The translations under genes and the position numbers were made by a program. From Octopus sinensis (lineage: Eukaryota), in the NCBI RefSeq assembly GCF_006345805.1, contig NC_043006.1, positions 47,678,001-47,742,000 of the forward strand: a stretch of DNA of 64,000 nucleotides. The letters run 5' to 3'. This document shows positions 14,705-28,500 of this stretch, piece after piece. A model generated the notes under the pieces. That model saw nothing but the letters and a program-made list of their open reading frames with translations. It made no database searches and had not been told where the DNA came from. How positions within the stretch are numbered: position 1 is the stretch's first letter; every line of letters starts with the position of its first letter.

Positions 14705-15128
14705 TTTTTATATATTACTTCTTCTTTTTCTTCTCCTTCTCCTCCTCTTCCTCCTCCTTCCCCTCCTCCTCCTTGTCCTCCTTCACCACCTTCTCCTCTT
14801 CTTATTCTTCTTCTTCTTATTCTTCTTCTTCTCCTTCTTCTCCTTCTTCTTCTTCTTCTTCTTCTTCTTCTTCTTCTTCTCCTCCCCTCCTCCATCGTCT
14901 TCTCCTTCTTCTTCTGCTTCTCCTCCCCTCCTCCATCGTCTTCTTCTACTTCTTCTCCTTCTCCTCCTACTTCTTCTTCGTCTTCTTATCCTACTCCTCC
15001 CCTTCTTCTTCTTCTTCTTCTTCGTCTTCTTATCCTCCTCCTCTCCCTTCTTCTTCTTCTTCTTCTTCTTCTTCTTCTTCTTCTTCTTCTTCTTCTCTTC
15101 TTCTTCTTCTTCTTCTTCTTCTTCTTCA
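14705..15128. repeat. (CTT/CCT)n polypyrimidine trinucleotide array
   Basis: Direct sequence. Confidence 0.95.
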
Positions 15129-15559
15129 ATTTCTGTGTGTCGTGTTTCAGTTCAATAATGTCCCTAGAACCATCTCCCTTGTCGAATTTACAAAACAGAA
15201 AGTACATCTTAAAAGTTTTAGTCTTTAATGATTGCTCTCATTGTGCCACCGAACACAGTTATGTGTGCCCTAGACACATACGTAGACTTTAATTGTGTTC
15301 CATTTTAATGGCGGCTTGACATATAGAATGTCCCAAAATTAAGGCAACCAAATTTTTACAATTTTGCCAAAGCAAAATATTGTTATATTTCGGATCCGAT
15401 TGTTGCAATGCGATAGTAAAGGAAACATACCTATTACACTACCACATCTATTCAATTTGAATACATGCTTCACACGTGACACGGAGCTGTTCATGTGGAA
15501 TCGAATCCCGTTCCTGGAGCAGTTTTATCTTCAGAGTGTTGAGTGAAGCATAAGGAGTC

Positions 15560-16350
15560 CTCGAGACACTGACTACCTACCCTCGACGAGTCAACTCCTG
15601 ATGGACCCAGATACACTCCAAAGTCGGTCATTGTGGTTGTTTACTGTCTGTTTCATGTCAAATTTCTTTTCACTCGTGAACACCAGGTTGGACAGCGTGC
15701 CTTCAGCAATCTGACGCAGGACAGGACTGTCTTCTCTCCAGTCTCACGGCCTTTTAACCTTGTGTGAAGCCTGATTCTTGATTACATTTAGCCTTCAGAG
15801 ATCTTTTGTTTCATTCTTCTTGTATCTCCAAAATGGACCAAATAGAAAAATCTAACAGATTGAGATCGGGGCTTCTTGAGGGTCATACATCCTTGCGTAT
15901 GAACACAGAATGTTTTCTTGAATCCGGAGCTGTGGGATGGTACCGAGTCCAGTTGGAGGCTCTAAGGTGCATCGTGAAAGTGTTCATTTGCCCATGGAAG
16001 CAGTTCAACTTCCATATTGTCGCTAATTTATCACTAGGTGTAAATTTTAACACCCGAGGGCACAAAAACGAGGTGAGACCTTCCAGTGGCTGTCACAGCC
16101 GCCCAAACGATAACTGACTGTCAACCCCCGACGGACCCAGATACACTCCAAAGTCGGTCATTTTTGTTGATTACTGTCTTTTTTTATGTCAAATTTCTTT
16201 TCACTAGTGAACACGACGTTGGGCAGCGTGCCTTCAGCAATCTGATGCAGGATAAGACGTATTCTCTCCGATCCCATGGCCTTATAAACTTGTGTGAGCC
16301 CTGTTATTGATTTGATTTAGCCTTCAGATGTCTTTTGTCTCATGCTTCTT
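15560..16350 (-). mobile_element. Decayed Tc1/mariner-superfamily transposase (DD37D/maT-like), two tandem fragments
   Basis: Minus-strand translation with stops gives EGTLPNVVFTSEKKFDI...NDRLWS...VIVWAAVTATGRSHLVFVPSGVK...ELLPWANEHF...LQLDSVPSH. Segment 15596-15810 repeats 16120-16345. Confidence 0.75.
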
Positions 16351-17386
16351 GCATTATTCTGTTGTAGACATGCGTTCCTTACCGTTTCCATGGGTTTTAG
16401 GATTACTTCATGGATAATCTCTTCGGATGACGTTTACTGTAGTGTAAATACAGCGACTACTGGATATATTTTTTCGATTAACCCGGTTATGTTTGTATTT
16501 GCACGATTCCGTCATCAATGAAGGTAACTCTGACTTCCCTAAGACGTGGGTTTTGAAAGCGTATAATTTCCTGCTGAGATGTATCTCTTCCTTCCAAACC
16601 ATTTGACAAAAACATACGCTCCAATCTGATCTGATGCTTCCTGGGACAAGGCATAACAGACAGAATAATGTTCCAGCAAAGAGATATAGACCCATGTCAC
16701 TTGCACTCAACATTTCAGAGTCTGTTTCCTTTCATCATGTTCTGAGTAACACTAGCAACAGGCTAGCAACATTTTCCAATTTGATATTCAAAACGGATAT
16801 CTCAGTCCAGAGACTGATGCAGCACATGACAGATAAAAAACCTGCTGGTTTGTTATGGATGAGAAGTATCAATAAACTACTGATATTACTCCTGCATGGG
16901 TCTGTCGTTCTCTATTTCCGAAAATTTCGATTTCATGGTAGTGAATTTAAAAGTTGAGAGGAACTTCGAAAACTTTTCTAGAGAGGTAAATATCTTGATA
17001 AAGATCATATTAAAATGGCTAATCTAGATTTAAGCAGGAGTATATTGAGCACATGCCTTAATCAGTATGTTGACATTCTGACCCCGTTTATTAACGAATA
17101 CTTCAGTACATTAACAGCCTTCTTTGTTGTTCCTATTCTTTCCGAGGAAGTAAATAATTGAGCACCTATCGCTGTCACGGTCATCTTGGAACCTAGCGGT
17201 GAGTTTGATAACGAAGCTGTAATCACCAATCTTCTAAGGGGATCGAAGTTCAATAATAGAGCTGCAACAGCAGCATCGGCAGTTAAATCATCAAACAGTG
17301 AAAACGAGAGCAACAAAAATGGTAACAAAAGTTGAACTAGGCTGAGTCCCCAGCATCTGCTATTGAAATGTTCGGGGTCTATCACT

Positions 17387-17967
17387 TTCTTTTCTACTCT
17401 AGGCATAAGGCCGGAAAACTTTTAGGGAGGGGGGCAGTCGATTCTATCGACCCCAGTACGCAACTGGTACTTAATTTATCGACCCCGAAAGGATGAAAGA
17501 CAAAGTTGACCTCGGCAAAATTAGAACTCAGAACTTAAAGACAGACGAAATACCTATTTCTTTACTACCCACAAGGGGCTAAACACAGAGGCGACAAACA
17601 AGGACATACAGACGGATTGAGTCGATTATATCGACCGCAGTGCGTAACTGGTACTTAATTTATCGACCCCGAATCCATGAAAGGCAAAGTCGACCTCGGT
17701 GAAATTTGAACTCAGAACGTAACGGCAGACGAAATACTTATTTCTTTACTACCCACAAGGGGCTAAACGCAGAGGGGACAAACAAGGACAGACAAAGGGA
17801 TTAAGTCGATTACATCGAGCCCAGTACGTAACTGGTACTTAATTTATCGAGCCTAAAATGATGAAAGGTAAAGTCGACCTCGGCGGAATTTGAACTTAGA
17901 ACGTAACGGCAGACGCAATACGGATAAGTATTTTTCCCGGTGTACTAACGTTTCTGCCAGCTCGTCG
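17387..17967 (-). mobile_element. SINE family B with a 184-bp body in about three tandem copies
   Basis: Head ctggcagaaacgttag at the right end. The unit boundary motif gacg(a/c)aatac recurs at ~17551, 17735 and 17919 (184-bp period). Tail at the left end. Confidence 0.85.
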
Positions 17968-18974
17968 TCTTTTCGGGGTCTACCACTTGTGCAATATGCT
18001 GGATGTAATGTGAAGCCTCGCATATGATAAAACATTACGGAAAGGTATGAGCAACGATGATTGTTCTGAATGTCATCATATATAAGAAACTACGGCTATC
18101 CTTTGCATGAAGAAAACAAATATTAATCAAGTTATCTTGAAGAGCGTCCCGTCTACTTCATTTGGCAAGAAATAGCACTTAGCCGTTTATTCTTTGCTTT
18201 GGACAAAGTAAGTTTGCAGTAGTCAGTCACAACAGAAATATTCAAGGACCCATATTTTTTATCACACCATGCTGTCAACATCTTTAAGTACCACTTCAAG
18301 CAGAATACGAGGCTAGAAGGCAAAGTGTGTTGCTCTTCAGGAAATTTCAAGATTAGAAGTGTGGTTCAATTGGCGCGATAAAATAGGCCTTCTCTATCTC
18401 GGTATCTGAAGGCCTGTGGCAAGAAGTAGAAGGCAAATAGTTGTCTGTGTTAGTGTGTAGATCCCCCTAATTTATTCCTATCCTCAGCCTCTTTAGGGGA
18501 ATCCTTCCGTGTTATCTTTACCCTCAATTATCATTTGTTGCTATCTCTTCATTAATATGCTTTATTTTTTTTTTTACTATTGGTAATCTCACCATTTTGC
18601 CCCTCTGTAACCGACAATCTTGTTTTGTTTGTAGATATCTTTAGTGTTTCATCTTTGTACTGCTTTTATGTGGTCCATTAATTAATGTCTTTATAAAGAT
18701 TAGTTTTATATCTTATTGAGATACTAATATTTTTATCGGGGATAGGATGACTATTAAAAGCAAATGAGCTCGGAAATATTTCGACATTCAGAAAATCAGG
18801 AAGACGCATCGCCACTTCACCGGACAAATATATCTGCAGTTTTTGGGGTTTCTTTAAAAAATAATAATGTTATTAATAATAGTTGTCATCGCTTCATTAC
18901 TCAACACGCGTTCCACTACATTACATGTCCAAAAAGTGTAACCTCGTTGAAAATCCTCTATCTTTTTTTTTTGC

Positions 18975-19030
<56 letters not shown>

Positions 19031-19082
19031 CAACAATAACAACAACAACAATAATAATAATAATAACAACAACAACAACAAC

Positions 19083-19190
<108 letters not shown>

Positions 19191-19284
19191 AAAAAGAAGG
19201 AGCAGAAACAAATTGAGGTGTGGTGGAGCCAGAATGCTCTGCATGGACAGTATATATACTTCGAAGCAGAAATAGTGATGTAGA

Positions 19285-19575
19285 CCAAGCAATAACCCAT
19301 CAGTGGCTGAGAAGCTCTGAACTGAAAGCAGAGACAGAAGGTTTCATATTGGCGGGACAAGATCAAAGCTTGGATACAAAAAAACTACCAGGCTGACTCT
19401 AAATGCAGATTCTGTGATGACACCAAGGGAATACAAATATCGCCACGATAACGTGTGACACTATTTACACTAGAAATCAGCACTCCTGTTTACTGGTATG
19501 AAGATCATCCTGATCCAGTCGTTGAAGGTAAAGATGTCACTATCCGCTGGGATTTTCCAATCAACACCGACAGAA
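19285..19575 (+). mobile_element. R4/Dong-like non-LTR retrotransposon fragment (zinc knuckle / RLE region)
   Basis: Translation across frameshifts gives THQWLRSSELKAETEGFILAGQDQSL...SKCRFC...YKYRHDNV...WYEDHPDPVVEGKDVTIRWDFPINTDR. Confidence 0.8.
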
Positions 19576-19650
19576 ATGTACACACATACACATGCGTGCG
19601 CACATACACACATACACATTCACAACAGTTCAAATACCAACAATAAAAAT

Positions 19651-20064
19651 GCGGTGAGCTGGCAGAATCTTTAGCACGCCGGGCGAAATGCTTAGCGGTA
19701 TTTCGTCTGCTGCTACTTTCTGAGTTTAAATTCTGCCAAAGTCGACTTTGCCTTTCATCCTTTCGGGATCGATTAAATAAGTACCAGTTATACACTGGGG
19801 TCTATATAATCGACTTAATCCGTTTGTTTGTCCTTGTTTGTTCTCTCTGTGTTTAGCCCCTTGTGGGTAGTAAAGAAATAGGTATTTCGTCTGCCATTAC
19901 GTTCTGAGTTCAAATTCCGCCGAGGTCAAATTTGCCTTTCATCCTTTCGGGGTCGGTTAAATAAGTACCAGTTACGCACTGGGGTCGTTATAATCGACTT
20001 AATCCGTTTGTCTCTCCTTGTTTGTTTCCTCTATATTTAGCCCCTTGTGGGCAGTAAAGAAATA
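19651..20064 (+). mobile_element. SINE family B, head plus two 184-bp units
   Basis: gcggtgagctggcagaatc head; ggtatttcgtctg at 19697 and 19881; the element ends at a unit boundary (aaagaaata). Confidence 0.85.
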
Positions 20065-20397
20065 AGTGCCAACAGTGTTGTCGGCTTCTAAACCACATCA
20101 TTTTATGAGAGCTTCTGTATGAATGTTCGACATCATCAGATTCGTATTTTGACCGTAGTTCTAATTGTCTTCGTGAGCGTCCTTTATAGGTTAGAGTTAC
20201 CCGTGATCGATGACACTCTTGTAATGTTTGTGATGTGCGCATGCCTTTCTTTCGTCTCTTAGAGTGTCATGCTCTTCTATGAGAATTGTTTTCATAATTA
20301 ACCTGTATGTCTCTGGGATATTTGGTAAAGTTAATATGTATAATCAATAAATACGTTTCTATTTAGCTTTGTTTTATATATATATATATATATATAT

Positions 20398-20648
20398 TCT
20401 ATAATTATGAGCATAATTATAATAAGGGTTCAACAAAATTTGCTTCACCACATACCGAAAATTAGAAATAGCAGTTGAAATACCATTCTACTACCATAAC
20501 ATATCTCCCAGATATCTCCTATAAGATATCTCCCGGTCTGGGAGATATCTTATGGTAGCAGAATGGTATTTCAACTGCTATTTCTAAATTTTGGTACATG
20601 GGGAAGCAAATTTTGCTGAACCCTAATTATAATTATGCTTATAATAAT
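20398..20648. mobile_element. Palindromic fold-back (MITE-like) element
   Basis: Arms of ~110 bp (attatgagcataattat...ttagaaatagcagttgaaataccattctactaccataa versus ttatggtagcagaatggtatttcaactgctatttctaa...ataattatgcttataat) around a central hairpin taagatatctccc/gggagatatctta. Confidence 0.75.
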
Positions 20649-21013
20649 AAAATTTTTGTATAAGTTTACCGATGATGGTTCTTTTAACCTGCCGAACTAT
20701 TTGGTAGAATTATTAATTATTAATTGATTAATCAATTTTACCCTTTATTATGTATATATAATCACTAAATGTGACAAAAAAACAGAAGTTACAAGAACAA
20801 ATTCAATAGCTTATATTTGTTTCTGCTATGGTCTGCGCCTCATCACTGAAACAAGTGTAATCTAATGAAGGTGATTACGTAATTTCTATTCCCTTGTCAT
20901 TTATATAATTTTATATTACGTTCCGTAATTCGACTAACGCTTTATTCAACAGTATAAGTATAACGAGTCCCAACACAATACTATTAGTATCATTCTGCCA
21001 AAGCAAAATTATT

Positions 21014-21450
21014 ACTCTCTCTCTTTCACTTTTACTCTCTTTTACTTGTTTCAGTCATTTGACTGCGGCTATGCTGGAGCACCGCCTTTTAGTCGAGCAA
21101 ATCGACCCCGGGACTTATTCTTTGTAAGCCCAGTACTTATTCTATCGGTCTCTTTTGCCGAACCGCTAAGTGAAGGGTACGTAAACACATCAGCATCGGT
21201 TGTCAAGCAATGATAGGGGGACAAACACAGACATACAAACACATACACACACCACACATATATATATATATAATATATATATACACACACATATACGACA
21301 GGCTTCTTTCAGTTTCCGTCTACCAAATCCACTCACAAGGCATTGGTCGGCCCGGGGCTATAGTAGAAGACACTTGCCCAAGATGCCACGCAGTGGGACT
21401 GAACCCGGAACCATGTGGTTGGTTAGCAAGCTACTTACCACACAGCCACT
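21014..21450 (-). mobile_element. SINE family A
   Basis: Reverse complement of the family A sequence including the tail. Confidence 0.9.
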
Positions 21451-23127
21451 TATATCATTATCATCTTAATCGGTTTCATTTTATATGCTGCCCATTGATA
21501 AACACTTTTTTAAAAAGATTTTTACGTCTATTATTGTTTTTATATATATATATATATATGTGTGTATATGTATATATGCATATATATATACATATATATA
21601 TATATATAAATATTATAATATATAATTATATATATATATACACACACACACATATGTATATATGTTTACATATATGTATGTATGTATGTGTATGTATATT
21701 TAGACACATAGATAGATAAATACACACACACAGACACATTGATGAAAAATAAAATCCACAAATGTCTTACAGAAGAGCAAAATAAGTATATAACAAGCAG
21801 TAGCACCAATAATATTTTACATGATCTCAAGCATAAGTTTGAAATTATATTTCATAAATTTTTTCATAATTATAAATTTTGTCTCTGAAAACAACAATTC
21901 AAAATTCTTTCATCTTAAAACTACGTTTCATCTATTTTTTTTTGTTTTAATATTTGAAGTTACATTATTTTATTTTTTATGCTTTCTATAAGTTGAAATA
22001 TCTATCAGAACGTCTGCATATTTTTTACCTCTTGAACTTTTAAATAAGAAGCTAATTTTCAAGTGTCTCTAATGTGTTAGACATGATTGGCTCAAAGTGA
22101 CTGGTAACATTTTTAAAGACTATTGAGACGACAATCGTAAAGAATCTTTAGCACGTCGAGTCGAGTACTTGGCGGCAAGTTGTCTGTCTTTACGTTCAAG
22201 GGTCAAATTCCGCCGAGATTAGCCTCTCATCATTTCGCTGTCGATAAAAAAGATATCATTTGAGTACTAGGGTCGATATAAGCGACTTACCCGCTCCACA
22301 AAATTGCTGGCCTTGTCCCAAAATTAGAAATTCTTTTAAAATTGCGAGCTGGCAGAATCTTTAGCAGGGCAACGTGCCTAGCGACATTTCATCCGGCTGC
22401 TCATTTTGAGTTCAAATTCCGCTGAGGTAGACTTTGACTTTCATCCTTTCGATGTCGATAAAACAAGTCCCAGGTGAGCACTTTGGCTGATGTAATCGAC
22501 TGACACTTTTCCTAATATCGCTAGCTTTATGGCGAAATTTGAAGTCAACATTCTCAAGACTACTTACTTTCTTAGTTAATGAGCTTCGATCTAGCTTCGT
22601 CGCCAATGATGTAGTCTTTGATTGTTTTATATAAATCAACGCTGGTTATTATTTAGATATACCCGATCGTGTGTGCAGCAACCTATCCTTGTGTGCAAGA
22701 AGTGTATGTACATGTGTGTCTATTCGTGTTTTGACATTTTTATATCTACCTTAGATTATGGAAATATGAAATTGAAACAGGCATCATTTTCTCGTTTATT
22801 TTTTTCTTTGTCGTTCATATTCGTTTGCTTTCTTCCAAAATATTTAAAGGTCTAACCTTAGCTTTTTGGGATCAGCCAGATTTGAACAGTGTCAAGTGTA
22901 ACCGGCCGAAACAGTAAGGATAATTTGGAAAATATACTAATGAGAGAAGGCCACGAATAGCCCGTCCTTGTTTTGTCCGATTCGTCTTTTTGTTGTTTTT
23001 CTTGTCCGTCTTCGTATCGTCCATTTGTCCGGATGTTTTATTGTCGTTTGTTGCGTTCTTGTTAAATTTCTTTTTTACTTATATGTATATATAATATATA
23101 TATATATACCAACACACACACACACAC

Positions 23128-23398
23128 GCCGAACAGCTAAGTAACGGGGACATAAACATACCAGCATCGGTTGTCAAGCAATGCTAGGGGGACAAACACA
23201 GACACACAAACACACACACACACATATATACATACATACATACAACGGGCTTTCAGTTTCTACCAAATCCACTCAAAAGGCTTTGGTCGGTCCGAGGCTA
23301 TAGTAGAAGACACTTGCCCAAGGTACAACGCAGTGGGACTGAACCCGGAACCATGTGGTTGGTAAACAAGCTACTTACCACACAGCCACTCCTGCGCC
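23128..23398 (-). mobile_element. SINE family A, 5' portion
   Basis: Head and body present, tail absent. Confidence 0.85.
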
Positions 23399-23449
23399 TG
23401 ATATATATATATATATATATATAATATATATATATATATATGTATATAC

Positions 23450-23563
<114 letters not shown>

Positions 23564-23591
23564 CATATATAATATATATATATCAATGTAC

Positions 23592-23977
23592 CCCTCCTGG
23601 ACAGCAGACAGAACGAAATATACAAGAAACTTAGGCGTCGAGACATCTTTATTATGATAAGTTAATTAGTATATATTTATACACACACACATACACACAC
23701 ACACGCAATATAGATATAATCAAACATACGCATACTCACACGCACACACACACGCACACACATAACTTGTATATATATATATATGTTCATACGCATATGT
23801 GTATGAACATAAATATACATAAATGTGTGTGCGTGTGTGCGCCTGTGTGTGTGCGTATGTATGATTATGTATGTGTTTGTGTTTGTTTATGAATATATAC
23901 TAATTAAGTAATCATTATAAAGAAATCTCGACGCCTAAGTTTCTTATATATTTCATTTTATCTTCTGTCCAGCAGGG
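23592..23977. mobile_element. MITE-like element with ~100-bp imperfect terminal inverted repeats and a (CA)n/(TG)n core
   Basis: ccctcctggacag...aagaaacttaggcgtcgaga...ttaattagtatatatt versus aatatatactaattaa...tctcgacgcctaagtttctt...ctgtccagcaggg. Confidence 0.75.
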
Positions 23978-24239
23978 ATTCGTTGATTTATTGGTATAAT
24001 GGAAGAGAGTATCGCATCCCTCCATACAATAAAAGGAAGAAACAGCGGGCATTTAATCCATATAGTAGACTCACCTAAATGCACCCTAAAGCCAGGCAGT
24101 TATATTAAACCGGATGGCATTCTACGCCTTCCACTTATGTTTATATCTAGGATAATTTGTGGTCGTTAATACGATGAAGATGATATTCAAGGTTGTTCAA
24201 ACGCTTGCATTTTCCAGCTATTTTTTAATATTCGATGTC

Positions 24240-24651
24240 TTACTCTTTTGCTTCTTTCAGTCATTTGACTGCGGCCATGCTGGAGCACCGACTTTAGTCG
24301 AGCAAATCGACCCCAGGACTTATTTTTTGTAAGCCTAGTACTAATTCTATCGTTCTCTTTTGCCGAACCGTTAAGTTACGGGGACGTAAACACACCAGCA
24401 TCGGTTGTCAAGCGATGTTGGGTTGACAAACACAGACACACAAACGTATGTACACACATGCATACATACATATATATATACATATATGCGACGGGCTTCT
24501 TTCAGTTTCCGCCTACCAAATCCACTCACAAAGCTTTGGTCGGCCTTAGGCTATAGTAGAACTAACTTGCCCAAGGTGCCTCGCAGTGGGACTGAACCCG
24601 GAACCATGTGGCTGGTAAGCAAGCTACTTACCACACAGCCACTCCTACGCC
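24240..24651 (-). mobile_element. SINE family A
   Basis: Reverse complement of the family A sequence. Confidence 0.9.
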
Positions 24652-25564
24652 TATATGGCCTGGATTTGAAACAATAAGTCTGTATTAGGAAGGATCGTGA
24701 GCCATTTTACACTGACTAATAAATGTATATAACAAGTTCATTACACTTTAATTATACTTACTTGTAGTTCCTTGTCGCAGTGGGAATAGAACATTCTGTC
24801 TTCATATCAGAAGTTTAGAATGTAGGTCACAGAGTTTATTCGATTAATTTTCTTGGAAAATGCGTCTTCACCAAAATGTCAACATCCATGTCTTGTACCA
24901 CATACAGGTTTTATCTTATTATAGATATATTATTAATCGTACATTTTTCTTGCTTCGTTTTTCCGTTTTTACCTAAGCAGGCCATTACCACTTTACATAG
25001 ACATGCAATTCCCCCCTTAATTGCCACAGTCGTGGTCACAGCTCACCGCCTGTGACAGAATACAATGCAATCCATTTCTTCTCAGCTGTTTGTCCGTTAT
25101 CTAATTGTTCAGCCATCTGTAGCCCTAATTTATAATTTGGAGGAAAGTAGAAGATATAAAGTGAATATACTCTGTGGTTGCGATTATGCTAGTATATTCA
25201 AAATACCATGTTGTTGATTGAGATAAGTGATAATTTTCTTCCATTTGTAACATCGGTAAAGCACAGGAGTAAACGCCTTTGGGTCTATACGTTATTGTTT
25301 CATTTATTTGTGTGTTTATATGCCACTAAGATCAAGACTCTCTTTTCTGCTTCCAGAGTTGATAGCAATCGAAAACTCATGCTGCATAAATCGACAATGT
25401 TCTCACCCAAAGTTCGTGGCTTTTTTCGCCATAATATATCTTCCTTTGCACTACATCTGATAAGGAATGTAAAACAAATGTATGCTTCAATATATTTTTC
25501 TATGAGTACTAAATGGATTTTGTTTTGTTTTGATTTGTTTTCTGTTCTTTTTTCTTTTAGTAGT

Positions 25565-25945
25565 TTGTCCGTCGATGAGCCGAAGACCATCTAGTCATCC
25601 TGGGGTGGGCTTGTTTTGGGAGTCCGCAGATGGCTAGTGAGGCCAATCTGCGCCCGAAAGCGTCTTTGACAGTGAGGACAGGGAATGGGAGCGCCTGCTA
25701 CAGGGTTGTTAGCTCTGTTCTTCCTGGCTTGTCTGCGGTATTCTGCAGCAGCGATCCTATGTGTTGGCACCCTTGTGGACAGCTGATGGCCCCCTTTTTT
25801 CTGTCTAGAGCAGACTGTTCCCAAGTGTCATGGTCGATGTTGAAGGCATCAGTGAGGCTTTCAGTGTATCTTTAAAGCGCTTCTTCTGGCCGCCTTGTGA
25901 GCGCTTTCCTTTTTGCAGCTCGCCAAAGAGCAATCTTTTGGTAAT
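25565..25945 (-). mobile_element. 3' end of an RTE-clade LINE
   Basis: Minus-strand translation gives PKRLLFGELQKGKRSQGGQKKRFKDTLKASL and the C-terminal C2H2-like motif CPHCQRRFRAQIGLTSHLRT. Confidence 0.85.
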
Positions 25946-26409
25946 CTGTTCAACCAGATCATGAGGCAGTATCGGGCATATACTTGATCCTTAATTTCCG
26001 TGCTGATTATTAATGCTTATTAGTCATTTTTCGAATCTTTTCTTTAAATTTAACCATCCTAAACCGCTTCAATAAAGAATCATAAATAAGCAAAACCTCA
26101 GGATACAAAACATGTTTACTTTAGAAGCAAAGGAGAGGTTACTTCGATGTTAGAGGTACGAGGACGATTCCCAGTTTATACCTTAGGGCTTTATTTACAT
26201 TAAAAGTAACAGAAACAAATAGTTGACTCTATTTTCTCTTCAAACGCTATGCAAACATGGTGAAATGCTATTTTATAAACAGAGACTGTTAAACTGAAAT
26301 TAGATAAGAAATTAAACATGTGAATAATTATTATCTCTTAGAATAACAAATCAATTGGAATCAATATATACTAAACTACACAACAAACTTTAATTTCCTT
26401 AATTAATAA

Positions 26410-26657
26410 GGCTGCGAGCTAGCAGAAACGATAGCGCGCCGGGTGAAATGCTCAGCGGTATTTCGTCTGTTTTGCCTTTCCTCCTTTCGGGGTCGATTAA
26501 ATAAGTACCAGTTACACACTGGTGTCGATATAATCGACTTAATCCATTTGTCTGTCCTTGTTTTCCCTCTCTCTGTTTAGCCCCTTGTGGGTAGTAAAGA
26601 AATAGGTATTTCGTCTGTCTATGACTTGAGTTCAAATTTCGCCGAGGTCGAGTTTGA
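26410..26657 (+). mobile_element. SINE family B, interrupted by a family A insertion
   Basis: Head gctgcgagctagcagaaacg, one unit and the start of a second unit, cut off at 26657. Confidence 0.8.
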
Positions 26658-26661
26658 CGTA

Positions 26662-26830
26662 GGTGTAGGAGTGGTTCTGTGGTAAGTAGCTTGCTTACCA
26701 ACCATATGATTGCGGGCTCAGTTCCACTGCATGGCATCTTGGGCAAGTGTTTTCTACTACAGCCTAGAGCCGACCAAAGCCTTGTGAGTGGATTTGGTAG
26801 ACGGAAACTGAAAGAAGACCGTCGTATATA

Positions 26831-26878
<48 letters not shown>

Positions 26879-27144
26879 GTGTGTGTGTGTGTGTATGTTG
26901 TGTGTGTGGGTGTGTGTGTGTGTGTGTGTGTGTGTCTGTGTTGTCCCCCCAATATCGCTTGACAACCGATGCTGGTGAGTTTACGTCCCCGTAACTTAGC
27001 GTCTCGGTAAAAGATACTGTTAGAATAAGTACTAGGCTTACAAAGAATGTGTCCTGGGGTCGATTTGCTCAAATAAAGGCGATGCTCCAGCATTGCCCCA
27101 GTCAAATGACTGAAACCAGTGAAGGAGTAAAAGATTAAAAGATT
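26662..27144 (+). mobile_element. SINE family A nested in family B
   Basis: Full head-to-tail copy immediately after the truncated family B unit. Confidence 0.88.
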
Positions 27145-27269
27145 CTCACAACACTTAGAGTATACCACTACTCAGCAAAGCGAAATATACTCTAATATCC
27201 GATTATTGTATAACTGTTACTTAAACGTATATATGTACTCTTCAATGAGAACAATAGAGACGGGACTAA

Positions 27270-27478
27270 GGCGACGAACTGCCAGAATCGTTAAAACGCC
27301 TGGTGAAATGCTTGGCAGTATTTCGTCTATATTTACGTTCTGAGCCCAAATTTCGCCGAGGTCTACTTTACCTTTCATCCTTTCAAGGTCGATATGTAAA
27401 GTACCAGTTGCGTACTGGGTCCGATCTAATCGAGTAGGCCCCTTCCAAAAAATTTCGGGCCTTGTGCCCAGAGTAGAA
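27270..27478 (+). mobile_element. SINE family B, monomeric form
   Basis: Head, one body and the tail gggccttgtgcccagagtagaa. Confidence 0.8.
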
Positions 27479-27512
27479 TATATATATATTATATATATAT
27501 AATATATAGATA

Positions 27513-27544
<32 letters not shown>

Positions 27545-27555
27545 TAGATAGATAA

Positions 27556-27658
<103 letters not shown>

Positions 27659-28500
27659 TGTATATATATACAAAATGGGACAAGAACGCAAAACATCCGG
27701 ACAGTTAGGTGATACAACAATGGAACAACAAAACATCTAGATATACGATACAAAGAAAACAAGGACGAGACGTTCGGAGTTTTCTTTCCTCAGTGGAGTA
27801 CCAGATTTCGGCTGATTATACTCGAGATTGCTCCAATGTGGCCAGCCCCAAGAAAAAACTAAACTAAGAGCATTAGATTCCTTAGAACAAAGCAGCGAAT
27901 GTATACGATAGCAAGGACGGAAAAAACGGAGAATGTTACACAAATACAATAGCAATAATAATATCAGGACATAACAACAGGTGTCCTTCGACTATATATG
28001 TAAGCGGATCTTTGATACTTCGTCAAAATTTACGGATATTGATGCATTTTTACTTGGTAGATTTCGTAACCTACGTAGTGGCGAGGTGGCAGAATCGTTA
28101 CCATGCTGGACGAAAGGTGCTTATCGGCATTTCTTCCTACTCTGTGTTCTTAGTTCTAATGCCACTGACATCGATTTTAAGACGGGAATCTAGCAGAATC
28201 GTTAGCACGAGGGATATAAGGATTAGCGGGATCTCACCCGTCTATACATACTGAATTCAAATCCTGCCAAGATCGATTTTGCCTTTTCTCCTTTCACCAA
28301 CATTTCAGGCCATGTGTCTATATATACTAGAAATGATATTTCATAACATAACGGATCGTAAAAAGCTCCATTGAATTTTTTTTAATTTTACATATTCTAT
28401 TTGGATATATCAAGTATGACAGAACAAATAATGGTTGATAACCACAGTACGCCACTTTATAACGTGTGAGTTTATTCCCTTTCCTCAGTACTTATAACTA

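Noticed and set aside
16400-17380. Possible decayed non-LTR reverse transcriptase (PAKRYRPMSL resembles NYRPISL)
   Set aside because: Only one short motif with many stops; too weak to call a family or boundaries.
22860-22925. Hammerhead-like ending (gccag...ccggc-cgaaacagta)
   Set aside because: The CUGANGA core is absent in this copy (ttgggat).
27765-27800. Minus-strand CUGAGGA...UCC-GAA-CGUC motif in a TA-flanked repeat
   Set aside because: It has GAA rather than GAAA, stem II is poor and there is no convincing stem I.
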